Assembly (NCBI GenBank): GCA_012522835.1
Contig: JAAYJR010000538.1
Coordinates: 1-51,963 of the forward strand
Reading direction: 5' to 3'
Length of the DNA: 51,963 nt
From: Bacteroidales bacterium
Lineage (GTDB): Bacteria; Bacteroidota; Bacteroidia; Bacteroidales; Prolixibacteraceae
Shown: one piece after another, positions 8,524 to 20,274 of the stretch
Numbering within the stretch: position 1 is the first letter of the stretch
Layout: the number at the start of each line of letters is the position of its first letter
Translations under genes and position numbers: made by a program
Notes under the pieces: generated by a model
The model's database searches: none
What the model was told of the DNA's origin: nothing
Seen by the model: only the letters and a program-made list of their open reading frames with translations

Positions 8524-9978
8524 TTACTTTATACTAACAGTATATTTTTGAAGTTCAGTTTTAAGTTCTGACAATTTTTCACGGGATGAATGGTCATTAA
8601 TAATATTTTTCAATTCATAAGGATCCGACTTCAGGTCATACATCTCATCCATACCTTCGAGATCCGTGTAATGTATATATTTAAACCTTTGGGTCCTAAC
8701 GGCTTTATAACCCATATTTCTAACTCTGGGAAATACAATATCACTATAGTATTCAATCAGGAATGAAGTACGCCAGCTATCCGGTTTTATACCTTTAAGC
8801 AACGGCACCAGGCTGCAGCCATCCATTTCAGGCCGGGAATCAATTCCTGCCAGCTCTATAACTGTAGGGGCCAGGTCTGTTCCAAGTACCATTTCATCAA
8901 TAACACCCCCAGGTTTAATTATTTTCGGGTATTGAATAAGCAGGGGTATCCTGGCGGACTCTTCATATGCCAGTCTTCTTTCAACGCTAAGGCCATGTTC
9001 TCCATACCAGTATCCCTCATCACTGGTAAAAATGAACACTGTATTTTCAAGATGCCCTGTTTCTTCAATGGCAGTCATGATATCACCTATCCCCTCGTCC
9101 ACTGCAACAAGCATTCTCTGACGGCCTCTTATGGTTTCATCAGAGGATCCTGTTTCAGGCCCCAAAGGGGGCAGGTCATCAATTTTCCTTTGCAGAGCAG
9201 GTTTACCCGACAGATCATCATAATAATTAAGCCGTCTGGGTATCGGATCATTTTTGTACCAGTCATTATGCCTTTCGGCAGGCATAAACTTAGATGCTGA
9301 AGGATCAGAGATAGTTCCGTCATCAAACTGCACTGTTTCCGGATGCAGTGCTTTATGAGCTAAGTAAAGGCAGAAAGGTTTTTCGTGCTTTTTTCTGATG
9401 AAGTTAACTGCCTTTTCGTTCAATATATCTGTTGTATAGCCTGTATACTGTTTCCTTATCCCATTTTCATTAATTTCGGGATCAAATGATGTACCCTGGC
9501 CTTTCAGGCTAATCCAGTGGTCAAATCCAGGCCTTGCGGTGTCATCATTGCCCATGTGCCATTTGCCAATAAATGCTGTTTCGTAACCCGAGTCATGGAG
9601 CAGCCAGGGAAAGGTAACTAGTCTGTGGCTTTGGTCACTGCGGTCTGTATTATCAATAATCCCATGATTATGTGCATACTGCCCTGTTAAAATAGAAGCA
9701 CGGCTAGGTGAACACAAGGGGGTGGTAACAAAAGCATTCCTGAACCTTACACCCTTACAGGCAATCTTATCAATATTTATGGTCTTTGCGAAAGGATGGC
9801 CCATATAGCCTAACTCATCCCACCTGAGATCATCAACCACCACCATAACAACATTAGGATGCCCGGTTCCGGTAACAGGGCATCCTGAAATCTTGTCAAC
9901 AACCGGAGATGTAATAATTAACCCGCTTAATAAGCCGATGAACTTGCTAACAGAAGGTATTTGAATTATTCTATTCAC
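8524..9978 (-). CDS. Sulfatase (S1 family), N-acetylglucosamine-6-sulfatase-like
   Basis: Formylglycine signature PLCSPSRASILTGQYAHNHG (C-x-P-x-R), which resembles GNS-type GlcNAc-6-sulfatases. VVMVVVDDLRWDE metal-site region. Signal peptide with a possible lipobox ISGC. Only a GTG start is available. Confidence 0.85.
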   Translation of the reverse strand: MNRIIQIPSVSKFIGLLSGLIITSPVVDKISGCPVTGTGHPNVVMVVVDDLRWDELGYMGHPFAKTINIDKIACKGVRFRNAFVTTPLCSPSRASILTGQYAHNHGIIDNTDRSDQSHRLVTFPWLLHDSGYETAFIGKWHMGNDDTARPGFDHWISLKGQGTSFDPEINENGIRKQYTGYTTDILNEKAVNFIRKKHEKPFCLYLAHKALHPETVQFDDGTISDPSASKFMPAERHNDWYKNDPIPRRLNYYDDLSGKPALQRKIDDLPPLGPETGSSDETIRGRQRMLVAVDEGIGDIMTAIEETGHLENTVFIFTSDEGYWYGEHGLSVERRLAYEESARIPLLIQYPKIIKPGGVIDEMVLGTDLAPTVIELAGIDSRPEMDGCSLVPLLKGIKPDSWRTSFLIEYYSDIVFPRVRNMGYKAVRTQRFKYIHYTDLEGMDEMYDLKSDPYELKNIINDHSSREKLSELKTELQKYTVSIK

Positions 9979-10017
9979 CTTAGTAGACCTTGTTAATCAA
10001 TAAATATGATATATATC

Positions 10018-10785
10018 CTAAATCAGCGATGCTGAGGCTTTGTCAAGGAAAAGTACTGTGTCGGGATGTTTGCGTAAAATAGTTGCCGGACATGCAGTGG
10101 AAATTTCCTGGTTCAATGTGTTATAGACAGCTTGTGCTTTTCTTTCGTCGGGTACAACACAACTAATTGTTTTGCAATTCATAATTGCAGTGATTGTAAG
10201 TGAAAGAGCGTGAGTAGGAACGTCATCAAAAGTCGGGAACCAGCCTTCACCGAGTTGCTGTGTGCGACAATCATCATCAAGTTCTACAACTTTAACAAGA
10301 TGAGGGTCATTAAAATCTGCTACCGGAGGATCATTAAATGCTATATGGCCATTCTCTCCAATTCCAATGCATGCAACATCAACCGGATGACTTTTTAACA
10401 AATCCTCATAACGTTTAATTTCAGCATCGATATCAGCGGCATCCCCTTCAAGATAATGCACCTCTTTTGGTTTAACAATATCAAGAATTCTCTCTTTCAA
10501 ATATTTACGAAAACTTGCCGGATGAGTTTCAGGCAATCCTTTATATTCATCAAGATGAAAAACTGTAATTTTTTTCCAGTCAACGTCCAGTTTCTGAAAA
10601 TTCTGGATAAATGCATATTGTGATGCACCGGTAGCCAGTATCAAATTTGCCGAACCTTTCTCAGCAATAACTGCTTTTAACTGATCTGCCACAAAATTGG
10701 CAGCAGCTATACCCATTTCCTCTGTTTCGTTATAAACTTTTACTTTAAGATTATCCTTTTTAAAAGATTTAATTTCTTGTACCAT
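10018..10785 (-). CDS. nagB: Glucosamine-6-phosphate deaminase
   Basis: LILATGASQ and GIGENGHIAFNDPP motifs of the NagB/6-phosphogluconolactonase fold. 255 aa, no signal peptide. Confidence 0.8.
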   Translation of the reverse strand: MVQEIKSFKKDNLKVKVYNETEEMGIAAANFVADQLKAVIAEKGSANLILATGASQYAFIQNFQKLDVDWKKITVFHLDEYKGLPETHPASFRKYLKERILDIVKPKEVHYLEGDAADIDAEIKRYEDLLKSHPVDVACIGIGENGHIAFNDPPVADFNDPHLVKVVELDDDCRTQQLGEGWFPTFDDVPTHALSLTITAIMNCKTISCVVPDERKAQAVYNTLNQEISTACPATILRKHPDTVLFLDKASASLI

Positions 10786-10816
10786 GATAAATATATTTTA
10801 TTAAACTTATTGTAAA

Positions 10817-12058
10817 TTACATAAATAGCTCACTTATAGCAAAATAGGTTGTCAGGAATGAAAAAAACACAACTGCCCAGATTCCAATATTTTCACGCGT
10901 CCCTGCTTTATTCATTCCCATAAGGTTTGACCTGTTGATAAGTATAAGGATCGGAATGGCAACGGCAGGCAGAATACAAGCCTGAAATGCCTGTGAAAAT
11001 ACCATAAGGGCAGGAGGCCGCTGTTTTAGGAAAACTGATCCAAATGCAAATAACATAGCAAATAAAATCAGTAACTTCGATTGCGTAGAGTGTATATTTC
11101 TCGGCTTACCCGAATAGTCAGAAATCAGCCATGGAGCAATCAACACAATAGGAAAAATAGTTGATAGTCCGGCCCCCACTATACCAAGAATAAGGATAAA
11201 AGCTGCTGCCTTTCCTCCTATCGGCTGAAAAAGCTGAATCATTTCAACAGTATTTTCCAGTTTTAATCCCATAATATGAAGAGTACCTGCAGCCACAGCC
11301 ATTATAACCCCACTTAACAGGAGCATCATAGTTGCAGAAACGAATGCATCCTTTTTTTCATCTTTCAGGTTTTTTATGGTCCAGCCCTTTTCAGCCACAA
11401 CCGTACTTCGCATAATGAAGACCGCAGCTGAACAAGTAGTCCCTGCAATTGCTGCAACCAATCCGAAAGCTCCTTTTGTGTCAGGAATTCCGGGGATCAG
11501 CCCACTGGCAATTGATGAAAAATCGGGTTTAACCATAAAAAATACTATGATAAAAGAGAGCCCCATAAAAATAACGAAAACAGTCAATACTTTTTCAAAT
11601 GTTTTGTATTGTCCAACCCATAACAGTATATACATAGCAACTGCCAAAACAAGTATTATCCAGAACCGTGGAATCATCGTCTCATTAAACAGCAGCCTGA
11701 TAGCCTCCTGCACCAGGTCAGCGACAATTCCCATTACACCCATAAGTGCAAGCAGCTCTCCAATTATCAGGGCAATAAGAATATATAACGCTAAAATCCA
11801 GCCGTGTTTAAATTCATTTTTTATATTAAACAGGGCAGTATTCCCGGTCACCAGTGTTACCTTACCATAGGCAACCATCAGTACGAAGGTAAATATACAC
11901 GATAGTACAAGTGCCCAAAAAAGTTCCATCCCGTGCTCGGCTCCTACTTTGGCCATTGTAGTAACACTGCCTGTACCAATGTTATATCCTATCAGGAAAA
12001 GGCCGGGTCCCACTGCTGCAAGAGAAATCAGTATTTTCTTGATTAAACTGTTTTTCAT
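10817..12058 (-). CDS. NRAMP-family-like transporter lacking the canonical metal-binding motifs
   Basis: About 11 TMs. N-terminal AAVGPGLFLIGYNIGTGS and MELFWALVLS resemble NRAMP TM1/TM2. The track start at 12091 is a TTG; I prefer the ATG at 12058 (MKNSLIKK). Confidence 0.6.
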   Translation of the reverse strand: MKNSLIKKILISLAAVGPGLFLIGYNIGTGSVTTMAKVGAEHGMELFWALVLSCIFTFVLMVAYGKVTLVTGNTALFNIKNEFKHGWILALYILIALIIGELLALMGVMGIVADLVQEAIRLLFNETMIPRFWIILVLAVAMYILLWVGQYKTFEKVLTVFVIFMGLSFIIVFFMVKPDFSSIASGLIPGIPDTKGAFGLVAAIAGTTCSAAVFIMRSTVVAEKGWTIKNLKDEKKDAFVSATMMLLLSGVIMAVAAGTLHIMGLKLENTVEMIQLFQPIGGKAAAFILILGIVGAGLSTIFPIVLIAPWLISDYSGKPRNIHSTQSKLLILFAMLFAFGSVFLKQRPPALMVFSQAFQACILPAVAIPILILINRSNLMGMNKAGTRENIGIWAVVFFSFLTTYFAISELFM

Positions 12059-12184
12059 ATGATTAGAAATATTTATTTTAAAAAGTTGCAAATTTAACTC
12101 GCATATGTTATAATCACACCCCCGGGTCCTGACTTTAATCGGGATGTTAGTTTCATATGACTCGAATATAACTTAATTCATTAA

Positions 12185-13429
12185 TTATTTAGCCTGATAA
12201 ACTAACACACCATTCACAAAGGTTTTCTTTATATTAACCTTATAATCATCAAGAGTGAACAATATCAGGTCAGCCCGCCTGCCGGGCAATAACTCTCCAC
12301 GATCATCCAGTCCGTATAATTTAGAAGGATTGGTACTGGCCATTTGCACTGCCTCCGCCAGGGAGCAGCCTGTTACCTTCATAACATGCCCTACTCCTTT
12401 AGTAATAGGAGATGCTGAACCATAAAGTACATTCTGGGCAGGATAGCGCAGCATTCCTTCTTTGGTTAATTCAATTGTTTCGCCCGTTTCTGTTTTATAT
12501 TCCCCCGGTTCAAGGGCTGCGTAGCTGGTTACGTCGGATGTAATTATTGTATTATTAACTCCTTTAACTTTATAAAAAACCCTGATCTCCTCGGGCAGAA
12601 GATGAAAACTGTCGCAGATAATGCTGATCATATACCTGTCGTCCGACAGCTGTGACCAAAAAGGATTATTATGCCTGTTGATCATATTTGCCGCACCATT
12701 TCCAAGATGTGTTGCTATCTTTGCACCTCTGCTGATTGCGGCTTCTACAGTAGCAGCCGGAGCGTTATGGTGTCCAAGGGCAACAACTATTCCTTTATTG
12801 CTGCAGTTAGTAATAAAATCGAGCCCCCCCTCCATTTCCGGAGCTACAGTAACCTGCATAATCTTTCCATCAGCTGCTTCATACATTTTCATAAACTCAT
12901 TCCAGTCGGGAAGTTTTACATACCTCTTTGGATGAGCCCCGCGATAACCATCTTCGGGATTTATATAGGGCCCTTCAAGATGAAATCCGGGTATCGACCC
13001 CAGCAACTTTTTATTATCAACTGCTTTAGCAAGAATAGAAAAATTTCTGATCAGCACATCCATGCTGTTAGTGGTTAAAGTGGGCAAATAGGTAGTAACA
13101 CCGAATTTCCAGAGTTCACTAGTGGCTTTTTCTACTCCCTCGCTGTCTAGATCACTGTCACCAAAGGCAAACGAAATACCCGCAAAGCCGTTTACCTGGT
13201 TATCGAAGAAACCTGGTGAAATATAAACCGGATCTTTGCCGGCAGGCTGATCAGTTTCTTTTATATCGATAATTTTTCCATTATCAATTGTAACTTCCAC
13301 CGGATTTCCGGTATAATAATGTATTCCACTGACTACTTGTTGAGCATTTATTAAACCTGCCATTATAAGCAAAAAACAGGTAAAAAGTGACCTTATTATA
13401 ACTCCATAATATATCTTATTTTTATTCAT
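12185..13429 (-). CDS. nagA: N-acetylglucosamine-6-phosphate deacetylase-like amidohydrolase with an N-terminal signal peptide
   Basis: SPGFFDNQVNGFAG, HLEGPYI, GHHNA and THLGNG motifs of NagA. A 31-aa N-terminal extension MNKNKIYYGVIIRSLFTCFLLIMAGLINA/QQ looks like a Sec signal. Confidence 0.75.
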   Translation of the reverse strand: MNKNKIYYGVIIRSLFTCFLLIMAGLINAQQVVSGIHYYTGNPVEVTIDNGKIIDIKETDQPAGKDPVYISPGFFDNQVNGFAGISFAFGDSDLDSEGVEKATSELWKFGVTTYLPTLTTNSMDVLIRNFSILAKAVDNKKLLGSIPGFHLEGPYINPEDGYRGAHPKRYVKLPDWNEFMKMYEAADGKIMQVTVAPEMEGGLDFITNCSNKGIVVALGHHNAPAATVEAAISRGAKIATHLGNGAANMINRHNNPFWSQLSDDRYMISIICDSFHLLPEEIRVFYKVKGVNNTIITSDVTSYAALEPGEYKTETGETIELTKEGMLRYPAQNVLYGSASPITKGVGHVMKVTGCSLAEAVQMASTNPSKLYGLDDRGELLPGRRADLILFTLDDYKVNIKKTFVNGVLVYQAK

Positions 13430-13445
13430 AATAAATTGATTTTAA

Positions 13446-14798
13446 TTATAATTTCATCTCCCAGCCTTTTTCGTATCGCCGTGACCACAATTTTTTAGCA
13501 TCTTTATCACCGATTATATGTCCGTCAGACGGATCTATCTCCAGTGAATGGCCAACCTGTTGAGCAATATTTCCAAGCTGTACAAGCAAAGTACTTTTAT
13601 GTCCTGAATCAATGTCTGCAACCAGTTTTTCTCCAGAAATAATATTATTGAAGAAATTACGTATATGAAGCGCATCGAGATGGCTTGACGGATTTGCCGT
13701 ATCCCTGGGATCAATAGCTACAGTATCTTTTCCCTCTTTAACGATATTATTTTTAAGATCGAAGACAGTATAGCTGTTTCCTCCGGTAATTAATAAGCTT
13801 CCCTTTTCACCATAGAAGATAGCTCCCACAGCTGCACCTTCAACATGTTTGCCATTGCAGCTCCGGCCTTCCCATGTCATTGAAACACCCTCTTTAAAAT
13901 CCATGTTTATAACCTGGGTGTCGGGAGTTTCCCAATCATCATCATAGCAAAATCTTCCACCGTTCGAACTAACTTTTACCGGATAATCAACTCCAAAACC
14001 CCATCGCAAAATATCTACCATGTGCGTACCGTTATTCAGTGCCTCACCGGTTCCCCAGTGCCAAAACCAGTGCCAGTTATAATGCACTATATTATCCATG
14101 TACTCTCTCCTGGGTGCAGGTCCCTGCCACAGGTCCCAGTTAAGCCAGCCCGGAACAGGGGCCACTTTGCCAACACCAATTGGACCGCGGTTACTTGAAT
14201 ACCATCCTTTACCAAAATACGGACGGCCAATTATACCTTCTTTTAATTCATTGATACCTTTGATTATATTTGGCCATGACCTGCGCTGGTTACCCATCTG
14301 CACAGATTTCCCATACCTTAAAGCAGCTTTTACAAGCATCTCGCCTTCATTAGGATTGTGACTGCATGGTTTTTCAAGATATACATGCTTGCCTGCCTGC
14401 ATTGCCAGAAGTGCAGCAGGTGCATGCCAGTGGTCAGGTGTTGCTATGACCATAAGGTCAACATCCTTACTTTCGAGTGATTTTCTGAAATCTTCAAAAC
14501 CAGCCGGTGTATGATCCTGAACCTTTTTTACATTAGCTGAACACTTATCAATCGCCCGCGAATCAACATCACAAAGGTGAATTACATCACAGTTTTTTTG
14601 AAAGGCAAAATTCTGTGCCAGTGCATTACCACGCGAATTGACGCCCATCACAGATGCACGCAATTTATCATTTGCACCTGGAATTCTTTTATAACTGGCA
14701 GCACTAAAACCCGGAAGAATGCCCCCTGCCATAATCGCAGCAGATACTCCGGCAGATTTTTTAATAAACTCCCTTCTGCTATTATTGTCTTTTCCCAT
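13446..14798 (-). CDS. Gfo/Idh/MocA-family oxidoreductase with a Tat signal (periplasmic)
   Basis: Twin-arginine motif SRREFIKKSAGVSAAIMAG. Rossmann GVNSRG. EKP motif YLEKPCSHN. C-terminal NWHWFWHWGTGEALNNGTH. Confidence 0.8.
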   Translation of the reverse strand: MGKDNNSRREFIKKSAGVSAAIMAGGILPGFSAASYKRIPGANDKLRASVMGVNSRGNALAQNFAFQKNCDVIHLCDVDSRAIDKCSANVKKVQDHTPAGFEDFRKSLESKDVDLMVIATPDHWHAPAALLAMQAGKHVYLEKPCSHNPNEGEMLVKAALRYGKSVQMGNQRRSWPNIIKGINELKEGIIGRPYFGKGWYSSNRGPIGVGKVAPVPGWLNWDLWQGPAPRREYMDNIVHYNWHWFWHWGTGEALNNGTHMVDILRWGFGVDYPVKVSSNGGRFCYDDDWETPDTQVINMDFKEGVSMTWEGRSCNGKHVEGAAVGAIFYGEKGSLLITGGNSYTVFDLKNNIVKEGKDTVAIDPRDTANPSSHLDALHIRNFFNNIISGEKLVADIDSGHKSTLLVQLGNIAQQVGHSLEIDPSDGHIIGDKDAKKLWSRRYEKGWEMKL

Positions 14799-14858
14799 CT
14801 TATTATTTTTTAATATTTACAAAACTATCTAAATGATTATCAAATAAAAAACAAAAAT

Positions 14859-14904
14859 GTGTACGTACACGAAATTTAAATTTAACCAATTTAAATTTAA
14901 ATTA
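14859..14904. promoter_or_regulatory. Perfect 12-bp palindrome plus duplicated AT-palindromic repeat upstream of the minus-strand operon; candidate operator
   Basis: GTGTACGTACAC (14859-14870) is its own reverse complement. It is followed directly by AAATTTAAATTTAA-CC-AATTTAAATTTAAATT (14872-14903). The site lies 61-106 nt upstream of the oxidoreductase ATG (14798, minus strand). Confidence 0.3.
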
Positions 14905-15025
14905 TATTGACATGATTAACAGGATTATAAAAAAATAATTATTCAATAAAATCTGCTGTAAAACATATCAGTAAAAAATTCATAATATTAGTGTTCAGGC
15001 CGGTTTTTCTTTTATTCATTGCCTG

Positions 15026-16348
15026 TCACTTACCTGCAATTCCTATCACATTCCCTGCCATGACCCTGATCCCTGTTTCTATTGTATTTTGATAATCAGG
15101 ATTAAGAAAAGGCGAATGCAGGGGAAACGGCTCTTTTCCTTCTGCTCTAAGACTTGCCATTAATTCCGGATTGGTGCTTCCGAGCCATATGAGGCATATT
15201 GGTACCCTCTCCGGCGTCCTGCCGTATTTCCCGAAATCCTCGCCCACCATGGCAGGTGAAACTTCCTCAATACTGTCTTCTCCAATAATCCTTGCAGCAA
15301 AATCATTGATCTTTCCGCTTAACTCAGGATCATTGAGCACCGGGGGTGTTTCAACCGGTGAAACAACAACGTCAGGCAACAATTCCTCATCAAGTCCGGC
15401 CATTACAGCAGCAGCATCACTGATTCTTTTAATTGCACTAATTACTTTTTCTATCACTTCATCTTTATAATAGCGAAGTGTCAGTTTCATTTTAACCTGG
15501 TCAGGAATAATATTGGCCTGTGTGCCACCATGGATTGAACCGACAGTGACAACAACAGGATCCAGGGGACTTACCTCCCTGCTTACAATTGTTTGCAGGT
15601 TAAGGACTATACGCGACGCAATCACAACCGGATCTATACACTTTTCAGGATAAGCGCCATGTCCCCCCTTCCCGTAGACTGTAATTTCAACGCTTTTAAC
15701 ACCGGCAAAAACAGGTCCTTTAACCAAACCTATTTTCCCTGCTTCTAATTCAGGATTGATATGATAGGCCATTGCATAATCCGGTACCGGGAATTTTCTG
15801 AATAGCCCTGCTTCTATAGCCTCCCCTGCCCCTCCGCTGAACTCCTCTGCCTGCTGGGCTATAACCACAAGAGTGCCTTTCCAATAATCTTTCAGGGTGG
15901 CTAATGTCCGGATAGTACCGGTCCAAACAGACATGTGAATATCGTGGCCGCAGGCATGCATTACAGAAACCTCATTACCGTCCTTGTCTGTTGATGTTTT
16001 ATCACTGCTGAAATCAAGCCCTGTTTTCTCTTTCACCGGCAGGGCATCCATGTCTGTACGTAATAATATGACTGGCCCCTCACCATTTTTTAAAACTCCC
16101 ACAACGCTGTTGCCTGAAAAATTTTTGGTCACTTCAAACCCGGCTTTGCCTAACTCTGCAGCCATCCGGGCAGCTGTCTCAATTTCCTGGAATGAAAGCT
16201 CAGGATTCTGATGAAGATCTTTACACAATTCATAAGCATATTCAGTCTGTTTATGGGCTTCAATGTTAATCATGTCTGATATCTGAGCAAAAAGTGTAGT
16301 ATAACCAGCCATTATAATAAAAATTAAAATGAGTTTTTTAACCATCAT
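15026..16348 (-). CDS. Peptidase M20D-family amidohydrolase (aminoacylase/hippurate hydrolase-like), secreted
   Basis: MHACGHDIH metal-ligand motif, 440 aa, signal peptide MMVKKLILIFIIMAGYTTLFAQ. Confidence 0.75.
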   Translation of the reverse strand: MMVKKLILIFIIMAGYTTLFAQISDMINIEAHKQTEYAYELCKDLHQNPELSFQEIETAARMAAELGKAGFEVTKNFSGNSVVGVLKNGEGPVILLRTDMDALPVKEKTGLDFSSDKTSTDKDGNEVSVMHACGHDIHMSVWTGTIRTLATLKDYWKGTLVVIAQQAEEFSGGAGEAIEAGLFRKFPVPDYAMAYHINPELEAGKIGLVKGPVFAGVKSVEITVYGKGGHGAYPEKCIDPVVIASRIVLNLQTIVSREVSPLDPVVVTVGSIHGGTQANIIPDQVKMKLTLRYYKDEVIEKVISAIKRISDAAAVMAGLDEELLPDVVVSPVETPPVLNDPELSGKINDFAARIIGEDSIEEVSPAMVGEDFGKYGRTPERVPICLIWLGSTNPELMASLRAEGKEPFPLHSPFLNPDYQNTIETGIRVMAGNVIGIAGK

Positions 16349-16457
16349 ATATTAATTATTGTATTTAGAATTCATGACATCTGTCCTGTCTGAAATTAGT
16401 TATGCCTTACCGGTTAATAAGGCAATCTCAAAATTTGTACCATGAACTTGTCTGTAA

Positions 16458-20264
<3,807 letters not shown>

Positions 20265-20274
20265 TTTTGATATT

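Noticed and set aside
14871-14904. The AAATTTAAATTT repeats as a CRISPR array or tandem-repeat locus.
   Set aside because: There are only two short (13-14 nt) copies separated by 2 nt, with no spacers and no cas genes. They are better read as an AT-rich palindromic promoter or operator element.
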